Shown one piece after another: positions 1 through 11,794 of a stretch of DNA of 48,889 nt. The position numbers were made by a program, and so were the translations under genes. The stretch lies in contig NC_057718.1 in NCBI RefSeq assembly GCF_004010195.1, forward strand, positions 7,073,579 through 7,122,467, given 5' to 3'. This DNA is from Chiloscyllium plagiosum. Taxonomy: Eukaryota. Positions within the stretch are counted from its first letter, which is position 1; each line of letters starts with the position of its first letter. The notes below the pieces were generated by a model, which worked only from the letters and a program-made list of their open reading frames with translations, made no database searches and was not told the DNA's origin.

Positions 1-69
1 AACTAATCAGGAGTCAAATTGTAATAAATAAATCAGGAGTTCTGATGTTTATGGAGCTACAAATTTTAT

Positions 70-450
70 CAAAGCTAGGAATCCTGCAGCGAGTGTAACT
101 CACCTCCCCAAAACTTGCCCACAAACTACAAGTCAGGAGTATGATGGATTTACTCCCCATTGGCCTGGATGGGTGCAGTATCGACAACATTCAAGAAGTT
201 TGATGCCTTCCAGGACAGACCGGCCCTCTAGATTGACACCACATCCATAAACATTCATTCCCTGTGGTGGAGGCTGGTACATTTACAGTATTTAAAAAGC
301 ATCTGGATGGGTATATGAATAGGAAGGATTTAGAGGGATATTGGCCATATGCTGGCAAATGGGACTAGGTTAATTTAAGATATCTGGACAGCACAGGGGA
401 ATTGGACCGAAGGGTCTGTTTCTGTGCTGTATAAATCTGTGACTCTATGC
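70..450 (+). mobile_element. Degenerate non-LTR RT fragment (about 70-262) followed by a CR1/HER1 3' end (about 263-450)
   Basis: Decayed 'VRSMMDYSPLAWMG..TFKKFD..QD'-type coding remnant, then the same 3' tail as the other CR1 copies. Confidence 0.6.
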
Positions 451-852
451 TCAAATCTGTTTTCAAATTCCTATTTGACAGTTTGAATCCACCTTAATCA
501 CACTTTCAATTAACACAAACCAGATCACAACAAGTTACTGTGTAAAATTATTAATGTCAGACCATTTCTGGCTCTTTCACCAACCAGCCTTAAATCTGTG
601 CTCCTTCGATTAGCAACCCACCGGAAACAAAAATTATTCTATCAAAGATACTCATGACTTTGAACACAGAAGTTAAATCTCAATCAGATCGAGGTTGGCT
701 AAGGTACACTGCATTGTTTTCATGCTCTGGTACATTCTTTTAGATATCATTCTGGCAAGAAAGATAAATTCTAGCAAGAGGTAACTGTGATTAAACCAGG
801 GATGTTAAGGATTGCATCACTATGTGAGAAAAAATATTTAATATGGTCAATA

Positions 853-1052
853 AAAACCCAAAGAACTGAGGATGCTGTAAATCAGAAACAAAAACAGAAA
901 TTGCTGGAAAAACTTAACAGGTCTGGCAGTATCTGTGGAAAGAAATCAGAGTCAACATTTCAAGTCCGGTGACCCTTCCTCAGAACTGGGGATCCTTCTT
1001 CAGAAACAGTGGACCCAAAATGTTAATTCTGATTTATCTTCACAGATGCTGT
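853..1052. mobile_element. PLE-derived short element, family C, partly inverted, with a decayed hammerhead motif on the minus strand
   Basis: Minus strand about 950-987 reads gttCTGAGGAagggtc-accg-gacttGAAAtgtt. Related to the copies at 7693, 28198 and 42675. Confidence 0.6.
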
Positions 1053-1235
1053 CATATAGTATGCTCAAGATTAGTGGTAAGCCAGAGGAATGAAAACATT
1101 TTAAAAAGCAACAAAAGACAAATAAAAAATGAACAATGCTGAGTGAGAAAATAAACTTTGAAGTTAAACATGCAAGTAATATCAAGATGGACAGCAAGAT
1201 CTTCTTTAAATATATAAAAAGGAAGAGATACATCA

Positions 1236-1580
1236 GGATGACACAGTGGCTCTGTGCTTAACACTGCAGCCTCACAGCACCAGGGCCCTAGTTTTGATTT
1301 CAGATTTGTGTGACTGTCTGTGGGGAGTTTGCACATTCTCCCCGTGTCTGCGTGGGTTTCCTCTGCGTACTTTGGTTTCTTCCAAAAATCCCAAGTTGTG
1401 CAAATTAGGTGGATTGACCATGGGAAGTGGCCTACAGTGGCCAGGGATATGCAGGCTGGGTAGATTAGTCATGCGAAATGTAGGAATAGGGTAGGAGTAT
1501 GGGTCTGGGTGGGATGCTCTTTGGAGGGTTGGTGCGAGCTCGATGGGCTGAATGGCCTGCTTCCACACTGGAAGGTTTCT
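1236..1580 (+). mobile_element. HE1-type V-SINE
   Basis: tRNA-like head, V-domain core (gtttgcacattctccccgtgtctgcgtgggtttcc) and LINE-like tail. Confidence 0.85.
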
Positions 1581-2348
1581 GTAATGAAATGGGGAGCCAG
1601 GAAATTGCAGAGAAGTTAAGTTAATGCTTTGCGTCAGTTTTCACAGCAGGAAACTCTGGTAATCTTTCAGAAATTACTGAGGAATCAAGGGGTAGTAGGA
1701 GGAGAGGAAAGAATTGTAATTATATCTTGAGGAAAAAGTGACAGGAGAACTAATGGGGCTAAAGAGAGATACTTCTGCTGGACGTGATGGGATACATTCT
1801 GGGAAAACAGAGATAATTAATGCACTGATAGTAAGTTCCAAAAATCCTTATGTTCTGGAAAAGACCCAGAGAATTGGAAAATTACTAATGTAGCACCTTC
1901 AGTTAAAAAGGGAAGGGGTCAAGGAAAAGGTATTGATAAGCTAGTTTGCTTAATGTCCATTATGCTATGGAAAAAGTTAAAAGTATATTGTAAAAGATGT
2001 AATAACAGAGCATTTAGAAATTCACAGCATGATCAAACAGAGTCAGCATGAAGGGGAAATCATGCCTGAACAATTTACTGACATTTCTTCGAGGAGTTAA
2101 CGAGCTGGATAGAAAAAGAGCAGGCTAGCTAATAGAAAGTGTTTTCAGGATGGATGCCTGTAACAGAGTGATCAGTGCTGGGACCACAATTATTCACAAT
2201 ATCCATTAATGACTGTGATGAGGAAAGTGTATGTACTATTCTCCAAATTTGCAGATGACACAAGGATAGACGGAAAGCTAAGAGGTGAGAATGATTAAAA
2301 CAGTCTGCAGATGGATGTAGGCAATTTAAACAATTGTGCAAAAACACA

Positions 2349-2883
2349 TGCGATGATGCTGTCACTTTAACAAGATTATTTAGTCCTTGGTTTTTCTCAA
2401 GAGAGGTTGTAAAGGCAGAGATGCAGAAGTGTCTAGTTTAACAATGGCAGGGGAGTGGCCAGTTCTCCCAGTTCAGGGTTTTTTCTAGTTTGGTTTAGCT
2501 GTGGCAATCACAAGATGCTCAGTGTTTAGAGAAAGGCTCCAAGCTTCAGCAGATGACTCCTGACTGACTTTTTCTCTGAAATCTCTCCTGTTTGTCAGAC
2601 CCTGTGTTTGAATTTATCTTTTTGCCAAGGGGTGTGTTTACAAGATGTTACTGGGTTGGAACAACTCCTTAGTTAAGTTGCTGTATTGGGTCAGTTAAGT
2701 TTTCTTTTGTTTGTGATTCAACTATAGTGTTAAATAAATTCTGATTTGCTTAAAGCCAAATGGTTTGACCAGCTGCATCACACCTGGAACATCCACTCGA
2801 CATCTACCTCTAAAATAAGAAAACATTAGGGTCTGGCCTACCTTCTTAAAATATTTTGAGAGGCTCCGACCCGGTCCATAACT
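2349..2883. mobile_element. Solo LTR (Gypsy-like), 535 bp
   Basis: Starts TG and ends ccataact (CA decayed). 4-bp TSD caca at 2345-2348 and 2884-2887, internal AATAAA. The host CR1 resumes afterwards. Confidence 0.6.
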
Positions 2884-3440
2884 CACAACAGATAGAATAT
2901 AAAGGGGGAAAATGTGAGGTTATGTACTTTGGCAAGAAGAATATTATTCAGAGACGTAGAGAGCTACAGCACAGAAAAAGGCCATTCGGCCCTTCGTGTT
3001 AGTGCCAGTCAAACACAGGCACCGAGCTATTCTAATCTTAATTTCCAGCACTTGACCCATAGGTGTACATGCCTTGGCATCACAAGTTCCCCCTCATCCT
3101 TCAATGTTACCGAAATTTTCATTGGTGACAAACTGTAGAAAGCTATGAAATGGAAGGATTTGGGAGTCCCCATTCTTAAATTACAAACAGGAAGGAGGAA
3201 CTCGGGAAGGTGAGGGTAATGCTGCCCTTTATTTGAAAGGGTTTGAAGTACGAGAGTAAGGAAGTTTTGCCAAGTCTATTCAAGGCACTGGTCAGACCAC
3301 AGTTCTAAACAGTTTTGGTCCCCTTACCCATGGAAAGATATGTTGGCATTGGAGGCAGTTCAGTAAAGGTTCACAGGCTGATACCAGATAGGGAGAGACT
3401 TTCAAATGAGGAGGGGCTGACTAGGTTAGGCCTTTTCTCA

Positions 3441-3810
3441 GATTCTGGATCAGTGGTGCTGGAAGAGCACAGCAATTCAGGCAGCATCCGAGGACAGGCA
3501 AAATCGACGTTTCGGGCAAAAGCCCTTCATCAGGAATAAAGGCAGAGAGCCTGAAGCGTGGAGAGATAAGCTTGAGGAGGGTGGGGGTGGGATAGATGCT
3601 ATGCTACTCTATGCTACTCTATCCCCACCCCCACCCTCCTCGAGCTTATCTCTCCACGCTTCAGGCTCTCTGCCTTTATTCCTGATGAAGGGCTTTTGCC
3701 CGAAACGTCGATTTTGCCTGTCCTCGGATGCTGCCTGAATTGCTGTGCTCTTCCAGCACCACTGATCCAGAATCTGGTTTCCAGCATCTGCAGTCATTGT
3801 TTTTACCTTT
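3441..3810. mobile_element. Penelope-like inverted-repeat insertion, family A, with a hammerhead motif on each strand
   Basis: Arms about 3439-3595 and 3618-3776 are near-perfectly complementary. 34-nt unpaired tail. 15-bp TSD ttaggccttYtctca (3426-3440 / 3811-3825). Confidence 0.8.
3682..3709 (+). ncRNA. Minimal type-I hammerhead ribozyme motif (PLE type)
   Basis: CUGAUGA-a-gggc-uuuu-gccc-GAAA-cg-UC. An identical copy lies on the minus strand at 3506-3533. Stem I is weak. Confidence 0.6.
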
Positions 3811-4920
3811 TTAGGCCTTCTCTCATTCCAGTGTGGAAGAATCAGAGGCGACTTATTGAAACATACTGAGAGAATTTGACAGGGCAGACTCAAAAATGTT
3901 GTTTCCCCTTGTAGAGAGTCTGGAACCAGAGGGCATCATTTCAGAATAAGGGGTCGCACATATAAAACAGAGATGAGGAGGAATTTCATCCACCAGAGAG
4001 TTGGTGAAGCTGTGGAACTCTTTTCCACAGAGCGTTATTGAAGCTGAATAGTTTACAATGTTCAAAGCTGAGAATAGATACATTTTTAATCACAAATGAA
4101 TCAAAAGTTATAGAGGAGTGGCAGGAAAATGCAGCTGAGGATTATCAACTCACTCACGAGCTCAGTGAATAGCAGAGCAAACCCAATGGGTTGAACGGCC
4201 TGCTTTGCTTCTGGGTTTTATGTTCTTATGCAAGACATCAAAAGCATGGAACTTCTTCCCACCATTGGCTTCCCTTTCAAACCTCAAGTCGTTTGCCATT
4301 CGATGTAACTCCTGATTTCTCCCTATCTTTGTCTCTTGCCATCTTCCATCATATCTCCAGCAAATAAAGATACTGTTGCCTCCAGAGTTTAACCCTTTGC
4401 ATCCTTCCTCATCTCTCCCAGTCAACACACTTTTCTGCTTCTTTCTTTCTGTGATATATCCCCTTCAAACTCTTCCTGCACTCCAGGTTTTGGCTCCTAC
4501 GCTTGAGTTTCACAGCAGTAATAAAAGGTTGGCTTTGAAAGAGTCTGAGTTAAGGGATTAGTCCTGATCTCTAAACTCACTTGAGGCTACTTATCGGCTT
4601 AAACCTAGGCCAAAGCTCATGCTTCAAGTTAAACAACAGGTTTATGTCTCCATTATCTGTAACTCGGCCGACGTAGTGGAGATTAGTGCCACGCAACATC
4701 TGCAATGCATTTGTAAAATTTTGGTTCAATTCAATCTCCCCATTGTTGTCCCTTTTTTAGGTGAACACTGAAGCAGGGATCTGAAATGGATTTGACACGG
4801 TCCAAATAATCCAAGTACATAGCCAAGGAGAGTCAAATCCAAAAGCATTAATGGCAGGAACTGTGAAATCCGAGTCGGAATTTTATATTCAGCTTCTTCC
4901 AACGAGCTGAAGATTGCCTG

Positions 4921-5935
4921 GTGTTAGTCATGGTTCAGTTGGTAGCTCTCAGGTCCCTGACTCAGAAGGTGAGGGGGTTCATGTAGCCTGAAAGAGATTT
5001 GAGTTAATGCCCCAGTGACGTACTGAGGGCAGGTTACACTGGGAGATGGTGGTATAGTGGCAATGTCACTAGACCAGCAAGCTGATAGATAGGGGTGATG
5101 TATTGAAATCCCACCACAGAAGCTGGTGGAATCTTACATTCACTTTTAAAGTTTGGAATTAAAGGTCTCACAAAACCTAAAGGCCTATCCAGTTCAGGAA
5201 TGTTCTTTAGGGAGAGAGATGGGCCATCCTTACTTGGTCTGCTGACTCCAGGCGCATTGCAGTATTAACAGCTCTCTAAAATAACCTAATTCAGGGGCAT
5301 ACGGGTATAGGCAATAATGCTGACCTTTGTCAAAAAGTGCTCACTTCCTCTGGAAGAGTAAAGGGAAAAAAATGACAGAGGTATTATTTTTCAGTTAAAA
5401 ATCCTTCAGGTAGCTGTGGAGCAATATCATAAGAAGGAGCAGTGCTCTGAAAGCTACAAATCACACAACGCCAGGTTATAGTCCAACAGGTTTAATTGGT
5501 TATCATCACCTGATGAAGGAGCAGCGTTCCGAAAGCTAGTGCTTCCAATTAAACCTGTTGGACTATAACTTGGTGTTGTGTGATTTGTAACTTTGCCCAC
5601 CCCAGTCCAACACTGGCCCCTCCACATCATGGTTACCATCGACACCACTAACTGCTGGCTCAAAGTAGACAGGATCTCGAAAAAGGTCATGCTTGCCAAC
5701 ACAGCAAGGTGTCTTATGATCCTGCTCCACAGCTCCTGACAATGGAGCAGTGCTCCGAAAGCTAGTACTTCGATATGGACCTGTTGGGCTATAACCTGGT
5801 GTTGTGTGATTTTCAACTTTGTCCATCCCAGTCCAACACCTGCACCTCCACATCATTATTTTTCAGGTAACATCAAGCAGAGGTATTGTCCAACCTCTTA
5901 GAGGCATAATAGATCCCGTTATTTCAAAGAAGAGA
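4921..5935 (+). mobile_element. Nested cluster: old Deu/SacSINE1-like SINE containing a second tRNA-SINE (about 5043-5340) and family B PLE elements (about 5410-5853)
   Basis: tRNA-like heads. The host SINE text resumes after 5855. PLE 3' termini end at about 5629 and 5853. Confidence 0.55.
5507..5541 (+). ncRNA. Minimal type-I hammerhead ribozyme motif, family B
   Basis: cac-CUGAUGA-a-ggagc-agc-guucc-GAAA-gc-UA-gug: stem I cac/gug, 5-bp stem II, palindromic AGCU in place of stem III. Confidence 0.7.
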
Positions 5936-6562
5936 ACACAAAGTCAAAATGAGTTGTATTTCTGCAATTGGACAAAACTTACTGAACAACCCTAGGTGAC
6001 CAAATAATTCCATTAACAAGCAATCTAGGATGACCAACGTGGCTCACTTACACTTATTGGAAGCTTCATACAGTCATGTGCAGGACCCTGCCCTTTACAG
6101 GAATAAAGAAATACATTTGGGTATTGTGATCCTTTTTGAGTTAAAACAAAGCATTCAGATCAATAGTTCCCGAGAGCTTTCTCCATAACAACACACCAAC
6201 CAATCAGTGTTGACTAGCCAACCAATCAGCGCTATTTTCATAGGCAAAATAAATTATCGCTTATTTTTAAAGTTTGGCATTCTTGCGTAAGTCCTGATGT
6301 GTAGAAGAGAAATGTTATTTTTAAGCAGGATTAGTTTAATTTAGAACTGCAGTGTAGATTCCAGGTCACAACTTACTGCATTCTAAATAACATTTTTATC
6401 TCTCCTCAGCTGTGTTCTCAGATTACCCCATTCACACCTCCCGACTATCGGAAATTGTTTCACCTTAATGTCCGGGAAGACAAATTGATGATTGTACCAT
6501 GTAAGGTTAAAGGCTATATTTTTAACCTTCATTTTATTTAGTCTACCTCACAATTGGCAGCA

Positions 6563-6641
6563 ATGGGCGGCACGGTGGCACAGTGGTTAGCACTGCTGCC
6601 TCACAGCGCCAGAGACCCGGGTTCAATTCCCGCCTCAGGCT
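6563..6641 (+). mobile_element. Tailless HE1 SINE head between 48-bp direct repeats
   Basis: Consensus-like A and B boxes (tggcacagtgg, ggttcaattcc). 6515-6562 is identical to 6642-6689. Confidence 0.8.
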
Positions 6642-6764
6642 TATATTTTTAACCTTCATTTTATTTAGTCTACCTCACAATTGGCAGCATCTATATTTCA
6701 TAAACTCGTAAATGTCTCTGCTCTCAGAAGCACTTGGCTTCAATGCTTCAAGTCCATCATCATC

Positions 6765-7045
6765 AAATCCCTACAGTATGGAAAGGGACTATTTGACTCA
6801 TTGAATCGACACCAACCCTCTGAAAAGCATCTCACCCAAAGCCGCTCTATACTCATAATCCTGCATTTCCCATGGTCAATCCACCTAACCTGCACACCTT
6901 TGGACTGTGGGAGGAAACTGGAGTACCCTGAGGAAACCCACGCAGACACAGGGATAATGTGCATACTCCACACAGACAGTCAGCCAAGGATGGATATTGA
7001 AACAGGCTCCGGGAGACAGCAGTGCTAACCAGTGAGCTACCATAT
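6765..7045 (-). mobile_element. HE1-type V-SINE
   Basis: Reverse complement of the V-core (ggaaacccacgcagacacaggg) plus tRNA head. Confidence 0.8.
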
Positions 7046-7049
7046 ACCC

Positions 7050-9150
7050 ATCATACAGCCACACAGCACAGAAACAGTCCTTTCGGTCCAATCAGTCAAT
7101 GCCGACCATAATCCCAAACTAAACTAGTCCCACCTGCCTGCACATGGCCCATATCCCTCCAAACCCTTTCCTATTCATGTACTTATCCAAATGACTTTTA
7201 AAGGTTGTAATTGTATCTGCATCAATCACTTTTGCTGAAATTTTGTTCCACACACCAGCCCCTCTGTGTAAAAACGTTGCCCCTCACGTCCTTTGTAAAT
7301 CTTTCTTCTCTCACTTTAAAAATATGGCCCTTTGTCTTTAAATCCTCCACCTTAAGGAGAATACCCTTGTCATTCACCTTCTCTCTGCTCCTTATGATTT
7401 TATAAACCTCTATAAGGTCACCCCTGAACCTCAAATGCTCCAGTGAAAAAAGTCCCAGCCTATCCAGTCCATTTTTATATTTCAAACACTCCATTCCAAG
7501 CAACATCCTGGCAAATCTTTTCTGAGCCCTCTCCAGTTTAAAAATATCCTTCCTATAATTGGCAGCCAGAACTGCACACAGAACTCTGGAAGAGGCCTCA
7601 TTGATGTCCTGTACAACCTCAACATGACGCCCCAACTCCTGTACTCAAAGCTCTCAGCAATGAAGGCAAGCATGCTCAACGTCTTCTTAACCGCTGAGAG
7701 AACTGTGAATGCTGTTAGTCAGAACCAAAAACAGAAGTTGATGGAAAGTCTCAGCTGGTCTGGCAGCATCTGTGAAGGATCACGGACCCAAAACGTTAAC
7801 TTTAATTTGTCTTCACAGATGCTGCCAGACCTGCTGAGCTTTTCTAGCAACTTCTGGTTTTGTATCTTCTTAACCATCCTGCCTACCTGTGATGTAAATT
7901 TCAAAAATTGTGCACCTGAACTCCTAGTACTTTCTGTTCTACAACATTACCCAGGGCCCTACCATTAGTTAAAGTCATAGAGTTATTCTGCACAGAAAAA
8001 GACCCTTCAATCTAATTTGTCCATGTCCTAAATTAATCTCTTCCCATTTGCCAGCATTTAGCCCATACCCCTCAAAACAATTCCTATTCATATACCCATC
8101 CAGATGCCTTTAAAATGTTGCAATTGTACCAACCTCCACCACTTCCTCTAGCAGCTCATTCCACACACGCACCACCCTCTGTGTGAAAACGTTGCCCCTC
8201 AGGTCCCTTTTATATATTTCCTCCTCTCACCCTAAACCTATGCCCTTTAGTTTCGGACACCTCTAGCCTGGAAATACATTTTTGGCTATTCACCCTATCT
8301 ATGCCCCTCATGATTTTATAAACCTCTATATGGTCACCCCTCAGCCTCCGATGCTCCAGGGACACCAGCCCCAGTCTATTCAGCCTCTCCCTGTAGCACA
8401 AAACCCTCCTACCCTGGCAGCATCCTTGTAAATCTTTTCTGAACCCTTACAAGTTTCACAACATCTTTCCTGCAGCAGGGAGATGAGAATTGAACGCGAT
8501 GTTCCAAACGTGGTCTCGCCAATGTTCTGTACAGCCACAACATGACCTCCCAGCTCCTCTACTCAATTCACTGATCAGTAAAGACAAATGTACCAAACAT
8601 CCTCTTCACTATCCTGTCTACCTATAACTCCACTTTCAAGGATCTATAAACCTGCACCTCAAGGTCTCTTTGTTCGGCAACCCTCCCTAGGACCTTACCA
8701 TTAAGTGTTTAAGTGCTGCCCTGATTTGCCTTACCAAAAGCAACACCTTATATTTATCTAAATTAAACTCCATCTGCCACTCCTCAGCCCATTGGCCCAG
8801 CTGATCAAGATCCCATTGTAATCTGAGGTAACCTTCTGCGCTGTCTAGTACACCTCCAATTTTGGTGTCATCTGTAAACTTACTCACCATTCCTCCTATA
8901 TTCACATCCAAATCATTTATTGAAATGATGAAAAGCAGTGGACCCAGCACCGATCCTTGTGGTACACCATTGGTCACAGGCCTCCAATCTGAAAAACAGC
9001 CCTCACCACCACCCTCTGTCTTCTGCCTTCAAGCCAATTTTGTATCCAAGTGGCGAGATCTCCCTGTGTTCTATGTAATCCAACCTTGCTAACCATTCTA
9101 CCATGTGGAACCTTGTTGAACATCTTGCTGAAGTCCATGTCGACAACATC
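7050..9150 (-). mobile_element. Two adjacent 5'-truncated CR1/HER1 LINE fragments (about 7050-7970 and 7972-9150)
   Basis: GVPQGSVLGPLLF, SKFTDDTK, WQMEFN and LFSLE..RGDLIEVYKI remnants. Confidence 0.9.
7693..7864. mobile_element. PLE-derived hairpin insertion, family C
   Basis: Inverted arms. 11-bp TSD tcttcttaacc (7682-7692 / 7865-7875) inside a CR1. Confidence 0.7.
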
Positions 9151-9375
9151 ATTGTATCAATTCTGTTCTTTATGTCACCTGGCATATTTTTGGTAAATCT
9201 CTCTTGCAACCTCTCCAAGGTCTTGACATCCTTCCCAAAATGTGGTGCCCCCTACTGGGCATAACCCTCTGGTGGAGACTAATCAATTATTTCATAATAG
9301 TTCAGCACAACTGCTTTGCTATGGCAAAACATTCCTCTCCATATCAAATCCCTAATCAGTGCCTTTTAATAACTT

Positions 9376-9925
9376 TCTTGCTGTGTCCAGTTCTGGTTAC
9401 CCAGTTATAGAAAGGATATTATTAAGCTGCAGAGGGAGCAGAAGAGATTTACCAGGATGTTGCCAGGTATGGAAGGTTTGAGTCATAAAGAGAGATGGAT
9501 AGGCTGGGACTTTTTTCATTGGACGGTAGGAAGTTGAGACGTGACCCGATAGAAGTTTATAAAATAATTAAAGCTATAGATCGACTTTATGGTCGTTGTC
9601 TTTTGCCCAAAAGGGGGCATTTTAAGACTGGGGCGGGGGGCACATTTTTAAGGTGGGAGGAGAAAGATATAAAAAAGAAAAGAAGAGGCAATATTTTTAC
9701 TTGGAGGGTGGTTCGCGTGTGGATTGAACTTCCTGAGGAAGTGATGAATGTGGGTACAATTACAACATTTAAAGAGACATTTGGATAGATACACAAATAG
9801 GAAAGGTTTGGAGGGATATGGGCCTGGAACAGGCAAGTGGGACTAGTTCAGTTTGAGATTACATTTGGTATGGACTGTTGAAGAGAAGGGTCTGATTCTG
9901 TGCTGTATGACTCTATGATTCTATT
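9376..9925 (+). mobile_element. CR1/HER1 3' fragment
   Basis: LGLFSLDGRKLRRDPIEVYKII remnant and ctatga tail. Confidence 0.85.
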
Positions 9926-10821
9926 TGTATCTGTGCAAGGGTTATGACATAGTAAAAATGATATCTTCAAACCAGACCATTAAGGGATAATTGCTAAGGG
10001 TTAATTGGACATGACAGTGAGTAGTTAGAGACAAGTGAAAGATTACTTGCCTGATGCAAAAACATCTTATTTTGGCTTTTGGGTTACTGTATAACCTTGC
10101 TTGTCAGTGGGAATCATATTTTAATGCAGTTGACACGTGGCCACCTGGATGATATTTTCAGCTTATTGTCTGCACAAAATCTGGAAAAGCACTGAAAGTA
10201 CTGAGAGTAGTAAGCAATGGTGATACATCACGGAACCAGAACAGTATTAATATCAGGGACTCTGCAGCTCTCGTTGGACACCACCTTGGAGTGAGATCAT
10301 GACTGGTGTCAGGAAGCTTGAGTTCTGCAGGCATGCCAACGTAAAATGGGGTCCGCGATGGGCAGAACGCAGTGACACTCGCTGTTAGACATGTCAAACG
10401 TGTCAAAAATCATTTAAGCTATAATTCCACTCATTAGTGTGTAGATATATTCTACTATGTCTAAAGTAGATTACAGATTTTATATATATATATCATAATA
10501 TTTATATTTACTGGTATATATATTGCTTAATATAGATTGACTACCATACATATATAAATATATTTACTGATTAATACTAATTAATATACTAATATAACTG
10601 CTAATAATCTCATTAATTTGGATCACTTAACCCATAGAGTTATTTTTGTAACATTCCATCAAATCCACTATAACATATAGGCATGTGTGAAGGTGTATAA
10701 TGATTGCATCTTGCGGGGATGTCCAGCCTACTCCTGTTACTTTTTCTACTCTTTCTGAATCTGCCGCATTTACTTCACAGAAAGAAACAAGGAATTGGAA
10801 TCTGCCAAACCAAAACGCTAC

Positions 10822-11040
10822 CTTTACTAAAACGTATTTGGTGACAGCGTCGAATGCAACTCCAGATGTGGCTTTAACGGTGATGGGAATCTTGCCAAGG
10901 CCCTTCATCTTGATGGGGAAATAAAATACATGGGAATCTTGACTCAACACAGAGCCTTTCAGCTTGTTGGGGTCAAGATCCTTCTTATCTGGTACGATGA
11001 TGAAATCAAACAAATCACTTGGTTCAACTGTCACCCAAAC
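10822..11040 (-). CDS. CD109: CD109-like exon (219 bp, phase 0-0): VWVTVEPSDLFDF...FPIKMKGLGKIPITVKATSGVAFDAVTKYVLVK
   Basis: tgcag acceptor and gtagcg donor. 'FPI....LG.IPITV.A.S..A.DAVT...LVK' resembles CD109. The gene continues beyond position 1. Confidence 0.92.
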
Positions 11041-11204
11041 CTGCACGTTAAAAAATATAAACAAGTTAGTATCTAGCCATCTGCAACATGAGTTAACCAG
11101 CCCTGTTAGTTCTCTCTCTCTCTCTCTCTCTCTGTCCATGACAAGCCTTTAGAACAACACTTACAATGAATGGCTCAACAAACCTATTAAAATGCTTATG
11201 GCTT

Positions 11205-11510
11205 TTTTAAAATTATTCTTTCATGGGACATGGGCATCACTAGCTGGGCCAGCATTTAAGTCCCATCCCTAACATTCCAGACAGTTAAGAGCCAACCACA
11301 TTGCTGTGGGTCTGGAATTCCTAAAGAACATTGGTGAATCAGGTGGGCTTTTCCGCAGCAATGGTTTCATGGTCATTGTTAAACTCTGACTTCCAGATTA
11401 TTATTCCACCATCTGCCATGGGGGGATTTAAACCCTAGTCCCGAGAACACTTCTGGGATCTCAGGATTAATGGTCTCGCTATAATGTGACTGGGTCATCG
11501 CCTTCCCCTG
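11205..11510 (-). mobile_element. tRNA-derived SINE, second family (also about 17405-17715, 23810-23990, 34035-34540, 43640-43770)
   Basis: Shared caaccacattgctgtgggtctggagtc motif and a reverse B-box-like end in several copies. Confidence 0.65.
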
Positions 11511-11794
11511 TTCTAAGGGACAACTGAATTAATCACATTTAGAATGAGACAGTATTTCTATAAGCATTATTAAATTCATCCCCTCCCAAAAACAATACTC
11601 ATGTTATTCTCAAAGGGAACTGGGTTCCGGAAAGTGGCAGCTGTGGGCTGGGAGCTGGGGGTGGTTGAGGTCAACATTGGATTTGAGAGTTGAGGTCCAA
11701 GAGCCAGGCGGCAAGAGAGAGGGTAAGGGGCAGAGCACGGGTCTGGAGCTGATAGGGATGACGTCTAGGAACAGGCAGCCTGGACCAGGGATCC

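Larger units (their letters stand above)
1590..4215 (+). mobile_element. Old, interrupted CR1-type LINE
   Basis: Degenerate RT (FADDT.., KCEV..FG, VRP) and 3' UTR. Interrupted by a solo LTR, a CR1 tail and a PLE hairpin. Confidence 0.75.

Noticed and set aside
3439..3776. MITE or DNA transposon interpretation of the hairpins
   Set aside because: The asymmetric tail, variable 11-16 bp TSDs, hammerhead motifs and linked GIY-YIG sequence point to PLE retroposition.
6190..6320. Duplicated CCAAT boxes as a promoter
   Set aside because: Intronic and followed by a decayed cctgatg..gaaa motif, so more likely an old PLE 3' end. There is no other promoter evidence.
6565..6640. Bona fide tRNA gene
   Set aside because: Matches the heads of the HE1 SINE copies in this window, and no convincing cloverleaf was seen.
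10158..10406. 82-aa minus-strand ORF as the next CD109 exon
   Set aside because: No similarity to TEP-family sequence in the frames checked.
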